A stretch of DNA of 64,000 nucleotides, from contig OY762721.1 in NCBI GenBank assembly GCA_963666345.1, positions 64,001 through 128,000 of the forward strand. Reading direction: 5' to 3'. Source of the stretch: Desulfatiglandales bacterium. Lineage in GTDB: Bacteria; Desulfobacterota; DSM-4660; Desulfatiglandales; Desulfatiglandaceae. Made by a program: the position numbers and the translations under genes. Positions 21,951 to 31,227 of this stretch are shown here, one piece after another; position 1 is the first letter of the stretch; the number at the start of each line of letters is the position of its first letter. The notes under the pieces were generated by a model. That model was not told the DNA's origin. It made no database searches and saw nothing but the letters and a program-made list of their open reading frames with translations.

Positions 21951-23107
21951 GCAGGTTTGCGAGAACACTTTTAACAGGGATCACGCTTTTTTTAATATCT
22001 TTACCTGTCTACTGTAATGCGCTCGAAGAAACAACCCGGGATATTCTGGCCATGGGTTCTGCAGAAATATCAGAGGGTAATGTTGCCTCTGCAAAAAAAT
22101 TGGCCTTAAGCAGAGGTCTTCAAAAAGGGGTTGAGGGATTTCTGGTAAACAGGCTGGGAGGACAGGGTGCCGTCAACAATTTTGAAAGGTTGATACTTGA
22201 AGTTTTACCTAAGGCAGAGGAGCTTATAGAAAACTTTACCATAATCAGCGAGTATCAGTCCGGAAAAAATCTAAATCTGCTAGTAAGGCTAAAAATCGAT
22301 GAGACCATGATGGAGGAGCGATTTCGTATGGCAGGCCTGCTTGTCAATGAAGGAGCCCCTTTAAAGGTTTTGTTCATGGTGGCGGAGATAAGAGAAGGCA
22401 CACCATCCTTCTGGTGGGAAGAGCCCGAAGCGAGCAGGATTATGGGGTCGACAGAGATTATCCTTCAGAACGTCTTCAGGGAAAAGGGTTTTGAACCGAT
22501 AAACTGGTTGCAGAATATTCCAGACGCCGACATCCCTGAAGAGGTTAGGGTCCTTGAACCGGAAAATGCTTCTATCGCAAAACTGGGAAGGCTATATGAG
22601 GCGGATCTGGTGATACATGGAAAAAACAGGATTTCATCGGACTCGGTGGGACTGGCCGTTTCAGTAATAGGGGCGGATGACGGTCTTTTCATGGGCGGTG
22701 GGACTTATTTTGTGGACATAGAGGAAGGTATTACCTCCCAGGATCAGCAAATGGAAATACTCAAAAAGCTTGCAGTCTCCTTTGCAGATGACGTTACGCC
22801 TGAGATACTTTCAAAAACAGCCGAGACCCAAAAAAAGATTAATTCCCTCACTGTTTCCCTGGAGGGCCTGAGTTCTTTTAAGGAATTACTTGTTTTCAGA
22901 GATTTTCTGAAAAATAGTGTAAAAGGCGTGGCTTCAGTCAAACAGAAAAGGGTAAAAAGAGGGTCAGCATCACTTGACGTGGAATTTAAGGGAGAAAGGG
23001 ACCTGTTTGTAAGCAGAGTGATGAACCATGAAGACCTGCCTCTTCCCCTTATGGAAGGAAAGGGAGACGGTGAAGGCATACTGTTTTTGATCGAGAACAT
23101 AAGGTGA
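21947..23107 (+). CDS. Exported hypothetical protein (FlgT N-terminal-like)
   Basis: Signal peptide; GSAEISEGNVASAKKLAL resembles the FlgT N-domain; translationally coupled to miaA. Confidence 0.6.
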   Translation: MSRFARTLLTGITLFLISLPVYCNALEETTRDILAMGSAEISEGNVASAKKLALSRGLQKGVEGFLVNRLGGQGAVNNFERLILEVLPKAEELIENFTIISEYQSGKNLNLLVRLKIDETMMEERFRMAGLLVNEGAPLKVLFMVAEIREGTPSFWWEEPEASRIMGSTEIILQNVFREKGFEPINWLQNIPDADIPEEVRVLEPENASIAKLGRLYEADLVIHGKNRISSDSVGLAVSVIGADDGLFMGGGTYFVDIEEGITSQDQQMEILKKLAVSFADDVTPEILSKTAETQKKINSLTVSLEGLSSFKELLVFRDFLKNSVKGVASVKQKRVKRGSASLDVEFKGERDLFVSRVMNHEDLPLPLMEGKGDGEGILFLIENIR

Positions 23108-23235
23108 TCTGAACGATTGAAAAACAGGTCCCAGGAACCTTTTACAGGATTGAATCGAAGAAAAACCATAACCAGAGATATTTAACTTGGAGCAACCTTT
23201 ATTTTCTGTCTTTTCTCATTTATATATAAATCATT

Positions 23236-23790
23236 ATGCCTATCGCCAGAGATATAACTGTCCCTAATGTTATAACCATACTCAGGATAATTCTTGCCCC
23301 GATATTTGTAATATACCTGATACACGAGCAAGTTACATCGGCCCTTGTAGTGTTCATACTGGCAGGGATAAGTGACGGGCTGGACGGATTGATCGCAAGG
23401 GCTTTCAACCAGAAGAGTGAGATGGGGGCCTATCTGGACCCGTTGGCAGATAAACTGCTTCTTATCTCCGCTTATGTGGCGTTGGCTGCCAAGGGCTTTA
23501 TGCCCGCCTGGTTGACCGTAATAGTGATAAGCAGAGATGTACTCATACTTTTGGGTGTTCTTATTCTTTTTCTAGTAAAATCAGGTTTTACTGTAAAGCC
23601 TCTTTTCCTTAGCAAGATAACCACATGTTTTCAGATTGCATCAGTCATCGTTGTACTCACCATGGGGCAATTCTTTTTTTCCCAACTTATTTATAAGTAT
23701 CTATATTGGGCAACCGGTATAGTAACGATTTTGTCGGGGCTTCAGTATATAAGACAATGGCTGGGGTTGATGGATGAGGAGGGGCTTTAA
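23236..23790 (+). CDS. pgsA: CDP-alcohol phosphatidyltransferase (PgsA-like)
   Basis: PNVITILR, DGLDGLIAR, GAYLDPLADK. Confidence 0.85.
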   Translation: MPIARDITVPNVITILRIILAPIFVIYLIHEQVTSALVVFILAGISDGLDGLIARAFNQKSEMGAYLDPLADKLLLISAYVALAAKGFMPAWLTVIVISRDVLILLGVLILFLVKSGFTVKPLFLSKITTCFQIASVIVVLTMGQFFFSQLIYKYLYWATGIVTILSGLQYIRQWLGLMDEEGL

Positions 23791-23861
23791 GAGCCGGTTC
23801 CAATAAATACGGCTTGACATCACGCAGCCAGATTGATAATTAGGCTTTTAACATTTCAAAC

Positions 23862-23936
23862 AGGCACGTAGCTCAGGGGGAGAGCACTACCCTGACACGG
23901 TAGGGGTCAAGGGTTCAAATCCCTTCGTGCCTACCA
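23862..23936 (+). tRNA. tRNA-Val (GAC)
   Basis: AGGCACGTAGCTCAG...CCTGACACGG...GGTTCAAATCC...GTGCCTACCA. Confidence 0.95.
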
Positions 23937-23944
23937 GTAAATTC

Positions 23945-23978
23945 AAGGGGTTACGGTTTTTGACCGCAACCCTTTTTT
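23945..23978 (+). terminator. Intrinsic terminator after tRNA-Val
   Basis: AAGGGGTTACGG...CCGCAACCCTT followed by a T-run. Confidence 0.7.
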
Positions 23979-24034
23979 GATAAAATCACCAACTTTGATA
24001 CCTACAGTACACTCGCGATCGGTTTGCTTTTATA

Positions 24035-24667
24035 TCATGCGGGTCCGATTGAATGATAAGTTATGAGATAATTGAGCTTTTCGAGCTGAAAAGGGGAAAG
24101 GTTAAGAAATTTTACCCCCCTATGCCGGAGATGTTTTGTAATAAACGAGTCTTCGGCCTGAATATCGAAATCAGATACGGTCCTAAAAGGTACTCCCTGC
24201 AGATTGAACCCGTTTCCCCTTAGAAATATATCCATCTCAAAGGCTTCTACCATAGAAGATCCTTTTGGATTGTATCGGAAGGCAAGGCCACCCAGGCTTA
24301 TATCTCTGACATTTCCGTAAATACTTGTCATCTTGGGCCTTGCAATCACCCCCCCCGTTAGCAGGTGTCTTAAATGTCTTCTTTTCTCAGCGCTGTGTGT
24401 CTCGGCTGAAGTAAAATTGCCTGGTTTGCCGTAATGAGATACCGAACCATTCGGTTCAGAGGAGAGGGTGCTTCTTATCAAGACCCTTTTTGTCCCTTCG
24501 GTTCTGAACCACTGGGGCAGTTTTCCAGGAGTATCTCTCCTTTGAGCACATTTACGTCGTTCAATACCGTTTTTGCGAAAATAGTCAAGGTCGTAGGACT
24601 TCCTTCTGTCTCTGTTTTTTCGTCTTTCCATATCAACCATACACCTTCCGAAAAATAAATGGTCCAT
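24035..24667 (-). CDS. PilZ domain (c-di-GMP-binding) protein
   Basis: EKRRHLRH (RxxxR) and DISLGG (D/NxSxxG); N-terminal ERR/DRR repeats; start uncertain. Confidence 0.8.
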   Translation of the reverse strand: MDHLFFGRCMVDMERRKNRDRRKSYDLDYFRKNGIERRKCAQRRDTPGKLPQWFRTEGTKRVLIRSTLSSEPNGSVSHYGKPGNFTSAETHSAEKRRHLRHLLTGGVIARPKMTSIYGNVRDISLGGLAFRYNPKGSSMVEAFEMDIFLRGNGFNLQGVPFRTVSDFDIQAEDSFITKHLRHRGVKFLNLSPFQLEKLNYLITYHSIGPA

Positions 24668-25296
24668 CCGGGTAACGAGTACAACTAAAAATAACTTAGT
24701 ATTAACTAATTATATTGACAAGCTATTCATCTATCAAAGCATCATTAATCATGTACAAGGGATTAAAATCATAAAAGCCGCTATGCAATAGAGTTATTGT
24801 GAAAAGTTTAAACCGCAGGTATTCATTAACCGGAAGATCGAAATAAATTTTCCAATACAAATTTTTGATAGAATTATACCAAAAACATTACTGAAGAGCA
24901 ACTTTATTGTTGAAAAATTGACCTTAAGCACATTTCTTGGGTTTTTATCCGAGTTTACAGAAAGAGTCTGCGCTATTATTCCATGATAAAAAAAGCAGTG
25001 CACTTTTTTTCTGAGGAAAGTCGCGAAAAAATTGTGCTGTCTTAATGGATCGGAAAAAGTGCCTGAAACCGTGGAACTGCTTAGTTCCGCTGTGTTTTGA
25101 AGTAGCGGAATCCATTAACCCAAGGCGTTATAGACGCTTTAGAATGCTTTTAGGCATTATGAAATATTTGGCATAACGACCTGCCTCATTTCAAAGGTCA
25201 ACCCGCCATGGCCTGTGGGTGGAATTCTATCCGGAATAAGGTGGCGACGAATATGGCTTGAATTTACAGAGTGAATTTAAAAACCGTGATGCCGGG

Positions 25297-25325
25297 TTGA
25301 CAGTAAAACTATTTTTCCATATATT
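25297..25325 (+). promoter_or_regulatory. Sigma70 promoter of the trp leader/trpS
   Basis: TTGACA-17 bp-TATATT. Confidence 0.65.
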
Positions 25326-25371
25326 TGATCAACGTTTAAAGTAACAAAACATACCAAGGGCAGTAACAATC

Positions 25372-25461
25372 ATGAACAACTCCTATTCAAGAGAATTTCT
25401 ACTTTGGCGTGTTTGGCGCTTAGGAGATGTTTGTGCAATCTGCCTGATAGATTCTGTTTGA
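25372..25461 (+). CDS. Trp attenuator leader peptide (29 aa)
   Basis: MNNSYSREFLLWRVWRLGDVCAICLIDSV*, with two TGG codons, directly upstream of a terminator and trpS. Confidence 0.75.
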   Translation: MNNSYSREFLLWRVWRLGDVCAICLIDSV

Positions 25462-25485
25462 CATCGTTAATAAAAAGATCAACAG

Positions 25486-25522
25486 AAGCCTCAGGCTGGA
25501 AAAGGTGCCTGGGGCTTTTTTT
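25486..25522 (+). terminator. Attenuator terminator in the trpS leader
   Basis: AAGCCTCAGGC-loop-GCCTGGGGCTT followed by TTTTT; its 5' arm is shared with an alternative stem. Confidence 0.8.
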
Positions 25523-25558
25523 ATTGTGCATATAAATTACCTCGGAAAGGAGCAGTAA

Positions 25559-26536
25559 ATGGATAAAGGGATAATAATGAGCGGAATTCAACCTACGGGA
25601 GATATACATATAGGAAATTATTTGGGGGCCATACGCCAGTGGGTTGAATTGACAAAGGATCATGAGTGCTTTTATGTGATAGTGGATTACCATGCCATTA
25701 CGATTGATTATGATATTGAAAATTTTCAAAAAAATATCTTTAATGCAGCCATGGTCAATATCGCATGCGGACTGGAACCTGGAACCTGTCACCTTTTCAT
25801 CCAATCCCATATCCCCGAAATCCTTGAACTCAACTGGATTTTGGCTTCCTGCACAATGGTGGGACGATTGACCAACATGACGCAGTTTAAAGATAAATCG
25901 GCTCAGCACGAGGCCAATATAAATGCGGGTCTTTTGAATTATCCCATCTTGATGGCGGCAGACATATTGATCTATAAGGCATCTCTTGTACCTGTGGGAG
26001 AGGACCAGTTCCAGCACCTCGAATTCTCAAGAGAGGTTGCTCGCCGATTTAATTCCCGTTTTGGACAAACCTTTGCGGAGCCAATTCCGTGTGGTAAACC
26101 TGGACGGGTACTCGGGCTGGACGGGAAAGATAAAATGTCGAAAAGCCGCAATAATTATATCGGTATCATGGATAGTCCCGAAGATGCGTGGAAAAAGCTG
26201 GCACCGGCAAAAACCGACGTCCAGCGTGTCCGCAGATCCGACACTGGAAGACCCTGGATGTGTAACGTCTATTCCTATCATGAATTTTTCACCCCAGAGG
26301 ACGTCCGGAAAGGCTGTTATGAAGACTGTCAGAAAGCAAAAATCGGGTGTGTGGACTGTAAGAAGATCCTTCATAGATACATGACGGAGGCCCTTAAGCC
26401 TATCCAGAAAAGATACAGAGAATTGGAAAAACAACCGGATGTTGTAAAAGATTTTCTTATGCAAAGTGCGAGCGAAGCAAGACAGGTCGCACGTAACACA
26501 ATGGAAGAGGTGCGGAGGAAGATGGGAACCAGATAG
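25559..26536 (+). CDS. trpS: Tryptophanyl-tRNA synthetase
   Basis: SGIQPTG, HIGN, PVGEDQ, KMSKS. Confidence 0.97.
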   Translation: MDKGIIMSGIQPTGDIHIGNYLGAIRQWVELTKDHECFYVIVDYHAITIDYDIENFQKNIFNAAMVNIACGLEPGTCHLFIQSHIPEILELNWILASCTMVGRLTNMTQFKDKSAQHEANINAGLLNYPILMAADILIYKASLVPVGEDQFQHLEFSREVARRFNSRFGQTFAEPIPCGKPGRVLGLDGKDKMSKSRNNYIGIMDSPEDAWKKLAPAKTDVQRVRRSDTGRPWMCNVYSYHEFFTPEDVRKGCYEDCQKAKIGCVDCKKILHRYMTEALKPIQKRYRELEKQPDVVKDFLMQSASEARQVARNTMEEVRRKMGTR

Positions 26537-26806
26537 ACATGTTTCAATCTTTTAAGAATATCTATTGAATGAAATCAAGGTGGTAAAAAAGGGACCGGGC
26601 ATACTGCCTGAAATGAAGAATTCCGGCGCGGATGACGACTGGGGTGGGGCGTTGGTCTATCCTTGAGAGGGTTAAGTGTGGCGTGTCAGCGCTTAAAATG
26701 CCTAAAGTGATAAGGTGCATGGAATGGATGAAACCTAGGAATTTTGCAATTTTTCCCCGAGCCGGACCTCTCAAGTCCTCCTTAATGAAACAGCCTGATA
26801 GCGTTT

Positions 26807-27616
26807 TTAAAGTGAAGGCGATGAATTTAGCCCTATCCGATCTCTCAGATAGCGGTAGAAATGGTGAAATTCGTTTGTTTCTTTTCTTCTGGGTCTTTTA
26901 AGCGATACATCAACAATCAACTTTATGCTACCGGGATATTTATCCATTACAAGTATACGATCTGCCAAAAAAGCCGCTTCCGTGATATCATGAGTCACAA
27001 AAATAATCGTATGCCGGAGTTCCTCCCAGAGAGACAAAAGAAGACTCTGCATCTCTTCTCTCGACTGGGCGTCAAGGGATCCGAAAGGTTCATCCATCAG
27101 CAGAAGTTTCGGGTCTAAGACAAGGACCCTTGCGAGGGCAACCCGCTGTTTCATTCCGCCTGAGATCTCTGACGGAAGATATCTTCCGAAACCTTCAAGC
27201 CCCGTCAGGTAAAGAAATTTCCCAACCCTTTTTTTGATTTCTCTTTTATTTATTCGGCCCTTGAGACCAAAAGCGATATTTTCTTCAACTGTCAGCCAAG
27301 GGAAAAGGGCATCTTCCTGAAACACAATGCAGCGTTCAAATCCAGGCCCCGATATGGGGACGCCATGAGTCTCAATGCGGCCGCTGCTCGGCTTTATAAA
27401 TCCGGCGACGATCTTCAGAAGGGTGGTTTTTCCACAACCGCTCGGTCCAAGAATGCAGACCAATTCTCCTGAATTAACCGAAAGATTTATATTTTCAAGT
27501 ACTTTTATGAAATGGTTACCCATGGGAAAAATTTTGCCAAGTCCCACAGATCTTAACAAAGGATCTCTGTGTGCTTTTTTCTTAACTGATATCAGCCTGA
27601 AGTCATGTTCTTTCAA
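26807..27616 (-). CDS. ABC transporter ATP-binding protein (SsuB/TauB-like)
   Basis: GPSGCGKTT, ISGGMKQR, LLMDEPF, VTHD. Confidence 0.93.
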   Translation of the reverse strand: MKEHDFRLISVKKKAHRDPLLRSVGLGKIFPMGNHFIKVLENINLSVNSGELVCILGPSGCGKTTLLKIVAGFIKPSSGRIETHGVPISGPGFERCIVFQEDALFPWLTVEENIAFGLKGRINKREIKKRVGKFLYLTGLEGFGRYLPSEISGGMKQRVALARVLVLDPKLLLMDEPFGSLDAQSREEMQSLLLSLWEELRHTIIFVTHDITEAAFLADRILVMDKYPGSIKLIVDVSLKRPRRKETNEFHHFYRYLRDRIGLNSSPSL

Positions 27617-28428
27617 TAAGTCCTCCGTGCGCTTTTAAAGCAGAGACGAAGAACGGCCTTTAACGACAGGTCGCTTATCCTGCCCAGAACGGCAATAATT
27701 ATAACGCCCACAAGGATTATATCAATACGCCCCAGCATGCGGGCGTCCATGATAACGGCACCCAGACCGTCCGGCACCCCGGTGAGTTCACCAAGAACAA
27801 GATATGCCCAAGCTATTCCCAGGCCCAATCGTAATCCGGTAATTATCTGAGGCATGGCGGCGGGAAGAAGGATTGCATATATCCCTCTTATTTTCCCTAC
27901 CCCCATCATCGCCCCTGACTGATATAATAAAGGATTTATAAGACGAGCACCTGATGCCGAATTTATGTAGATCGGGAAAAAGGCTGCCAACGCTACCAGA
28001 AAGACGGTTGTCTTTATTCCTATACCGAACCATACGAGAGCGAGCGGCAACCAGCATATACCGGGGACCGCCCTTATGGCGTTAAGCGTACTGCTTATGA
28101 AAAGCTGGAACGACTTCAGCCGGCCCGAAAGAATTCCAAGGGGAATGCCGAGAAAGGCCGCAATACCGAAGCCGATAGAAACTCTCAGGATACTGTAGCT
28201 TACGTCGTTAATAAATCGGCCTGCATAGGGGCCGTCCACTGGATTTCCGAAAATGTAAAAATATGCTGATTCGGCTATGTTCAGGGGATGAGGAAAAAGG
28301 TATGGAGTGGTTAGCTTTAACTCGGAAATGACGACCCATATGAGAAGCAATAATAGGGGTATGATCCATGGGAGCGCCTTTTTGCTGGCCCATGAAACTC
28401 CTTTTTCACCTGATGCGCTTCTATTCAT
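27613..28428 (-). CDS. ABC transporter permease (SsuC/TauC-like)
   Basis: Multiple TM segments; LPAAMPQIITGLRLG; start uncertain. Confidence 0.9.
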   Translation of the reverse strand: MNRSASGEKGVSWASKKALPWIIPLLLLLIWVVISELKLTTPYLFPHPLNIAESAYFYIFGNPVDGPYAGRFINDVSYSILRVSIGFGIAAFLGIPLGILSGRLKSFQLFISSTLNAIRAVPGICWLPLALVWFGIGIKTTVFLVALAAFFPIYINSASGARLINPLLYQSGAMMGVGKIRGIYAILLPAAMPQIITGLRLGLGIAWAYLVLGELTGVPDGLGAVIMDARMLGRIDIILVGVIIIAVLGRISDLSLKAVLRLCFKSARRTY

Positions 28429-28447
28429 GAGTAAAGGCAGGTCTCCT

Positions 28448-29416
28448 TTATAACTGCTTAAAATCTTTTTGGATGCGTTCCACAAAACTCATGTCAAATA
28501 GCTTTTTATAGTCAGGCTGTCTTGTTATCACTTTAAGCTCCATCATGCGTTCTCCAAGGTTCATGGCCTTAATTAAGAAATCCTCGTCCATCTTCCAGGA
28601 AAGTTCCATATTGGCAGCGGCGCTTTCAAGGATCTCTCGTGAGGTGCCGAAGGTGGAGGCCTTTTTTAACCAACCGTCCCTGTCTTGAGTGAGAAATTTT
28701 GTGGCGGCCGCATGGGCCTTAACAAGTCTGTGGACCGCTTCCCGGTTTTTTTCTATAAACCTGCGGGTTACCAGCATCCCGGCATTTATGGTTCCTATGG
28801 CGTTGTCATAATAAGGATAGGAAAGAATTCTGCCGTAACCCTTTACAGTCGCGATAGTAGGGAAGGGTTCGCCTGATAGAAATGCATCTATACCTCCCTT
28901 GGCAAGAGCTATACCCATGTCGAAGAAATCGACCCTTGTTAGTTTTACATCGGTGTTGGGAGAAAGTCCGTTTCTCTTGAGTGTTTCCCTTAGAAGAATT
29001 TCATGCATGGTTCCAGGGACGTAACCTATTTTTCTGCCCCTTAGATTTGAGACTGTTTCAATGGGGGATTCTTTTCTTACCACGAGGGCCGAGCATTTAT
29101 TGCACAGCGATGCTACAAGAACTACGGGCTGCCCAAGGGATGCTGAATGAATGGCATGTGCAATTGTGGTACCGCACATGTCAAGGCTGCCTGCAAGAAG
29201 GCCCGTTTTCTGATCAGCCGGGTTGGTAAAACTGAAAACCTGGCATTTGTCACCCTTAGGAAGAAAGTCTTTATAGAAAAATGGTTGAATAGTCTGAGGC
29301 GTTTTCCATGTCCCGACCTTAAATTCCTCTCCAGCACTGTTATCTGGAGAAAAAAAGATATAAACGATAAGAAAAAGCGCAAAAAAACTTTTGTATCGGG
29401 ACATGACAATTTCCAT
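28448..29416 (-). CDS. ABC transporter substrate-binding protein (SsuA/NMT1-like)
   Basis: Signal peptide; LRGRKIGY, GGIDAFLSGEP. Confidence 0.88.
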   Translation of the reverse strand: MEIVMSRYKSFFALFLIVYIFFSPDNSAGEEFKVGTWKTPQTIQPFFYKDFLPKGDKCQVFSFTNPADQKTGLLAGSLDMCGTTIAHAIHSASLGQPVVLVASLCNKCSALVVRKESPIETVSNLRGRKIGYVPGTMHEILLRETLKRNGLSPNTDVKLTRVDFFDMGIALAKGGIDAFLSGEPFPTIATVKGYGRILSYPYYDNAIGTINAGMLVTRRFIEKNREAVHRLVKAHAAATKFLTQDRDGWLKKASTFGTSREILESAAANMELSWKMDEDFLIKAMNLGERMMELKVITRQPDYKKLFDMSFVERIQKDFKQL

Positions 29417-29441
29417 GGCTTATTTTGAAAAACCTGTTTGT

Positions 29442-30482
29442 TCAACTTAAGGTAACTGAAACAAGTCTTTTGGCAACATTGTTTTCAAAACAGTTTGAAG
29501 GCAGATCAGGATTCCACCCTGTTTCCATGTGCATTTTTCTACATTTGTCTGTCCCATATCCGCGCCCCTTTTCAGTATCCGCATTACAGTCACGGGGACT
29601 TGAACCCACCTCAGGAAAAAAGAGATTGGCACCGGCCACGAGAGCGAGTTTGTTAGGTTCGTGGGTGCAGTGGGCCCTCGGCTGATTTCCCATCACCAGC
29701 CTTGATACGGCGACAAGCCTGGCCATTTCAAGCTCGGTTATCATTCCGTAGCATTCCATCGGTGAACCAGGAAAGTTTATCCTTCTCATAACGCCGCTGT
29801 ATGTCGCCTTATATTGCCTGGCCAGAAGCATCAACTCGGCTATTTCTTCATGACCGTGTTCAGGTCCCACCGGTTCGATGCAGTTCATCCATCTAAGTCC
29901 CACGTCATTCAGAACCTTAATCGTGTTTATTCGTTTCTGCGGGGAAAGGGGGGTATCGCGTCCCTCTGCAAGACGGAGAGCATGGTAGGCGCCTACAAAT
30001 CCGGCCTCCAGCAGGGCCTCAGCTTCTTTATGGGTGATATCTCTCGTGTTTGCAACAAGCGGAGTCGAAACGCTTTGTTTTAAAATTGAGCCTATTTTAA
30101 GAAGCCTTTTAAAGCTGTAGTTGCCTGTGGTCATTAAATTGAGTGCATCAGCGCCTTGGGCTTCTGCTCCTTTTGCCCAGTTGATGACCTGTTTAAGGCT
30201 GAAATCAAGAGAATCGGTAAAGGCACCTGTTTTTTCAGCCAATGAGCAGAATTTGCAGTTCACAGGGCATGGTGCCACATTGAGGCCGATATGAAAATGG
30301 TTTTCTCCTTTGTCATTGAATTGATCGTGGGACATAGCATTGGCGGCTTGAAGAAGTGCGTATATCTCCTTGCCGTATAGGGGTAGAGATAAAAGATGAA
30401 GGATATCCTCTTTCTTAAGCGGTTCAAAATCGATTGCCTTTGCAAGAATGTCTTCAACCTTTTGTGATATACGCCAGCTCAT
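29442..30482 (-). CDS. Radical SAM protein, biotin synthase/HydE/ThiH-like
   Basis: CPVNCKFC; N-terminal LLQAANAMS helix; C-terminal ARLVAVSRLVM...LVAGANL (BATS-like). Confidence 0.85.
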   Translation of the reverse strand: MSWRISQKVEDILAKAIDFEPLKKEDILHLLSLPLYGKEIYALLQAANAMSHDQFNDKGENHFHIGLNVAPCPVNCKFCSLAEKTGAFTDSLDFSLKQVINWAKGAEAQGADALNLMTTGNYSFKRLLKIGSILKQSVSTPLVANTRDITHKEAEALLEAGFVGAYHALRLAEGRDTPLSPQKRINTIKVLNDVGLRWMNCIEPVGPEHGHEEIAELMLLARQYKATYSGVMRRINFPGSPMECYGMITELEMARLVAVSRLVMGNQPRAHCTHEPNKLALVAGANLFFPEVGSSPRDCNADTEKGRGYGTDKCRKMHMETGWNPDLPSNCFENNVAKRLVSVTLS

Positions 30483-30695
30483 TTATAACCCCTTCGATTG
30501 ACCTTTACGGGATTTATGAAATAACAATCTTTATGCCATCTTTCTGATTCCAGGGGTTAAGGGCCCGGCAAAGCACATATAGCTTTATCAAATCTGTAGA
30601 TATCGGTCTGGAAGAAAGGCATCTTGAAAAACTATCAAGCGTGTCTGATATTATAAAGAATTTGATCTTTTATTCAAAGAATAATTCATCGGCAT

Positions 30696-30971
30696 TTATT
30701 CACCGCATGAATATCGAACCGACCTTGGACCGTATCTGTCAGGTGCCCATCCCACGATGATCGCAGTTATACAAAAGGTAGACATATTCATAGAGAAGAT
30801 ATCGGAGGTACCGCTTCTGGATATGCTGAATTCATTTTCAATGGGAACAAGAAAAACACCATAACTGTAACGCACACCAAGGCCTGCTGTCGCAAAAAAC
30901 AGCCCTGCGGCAGTAATGAGCCAATCGCAGAATATCTTATTTTTTTCATCGCATAGCAGAAAAAAACGCAA
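30696..30971 (-). pseudogene. MFS transporter N-terminal fragment
   Basis: YSYGVFLVPIENEFSISRS and GWAPDRYGPR (decayed MFS motif A); stops after about 2 TM helices. Confidence 0.7.
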
Positions 30972-31227
30972 AAGGATTAAGGAGATTTCATGAGAAATAT
31001 AGCATTATTGATAAAAGGTTAGCTGTTTATAATAACATTAATGGATGTATTTCCCCGGTTTCAGTAAGGGATGAAAAGCAATCCGTTACTCTGTTTGTTG
31101 TCCTCATAACTTTACAAAAAATGGAGTTTTTGAAATACTCCAAATAATTTACGTTTAGCAACGGCTCTCAACAAACATATAAAAAGGAAGTTTCACGTAC
31201 CGGTAATGAAAACATAGACCATCGGAG

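Noticed and set aside
25330..25558. T-box riboswitch for trpS
   Set aside because: No AAGGTGGTACC-type T-box motif; the leader-peptide model explains the structure.
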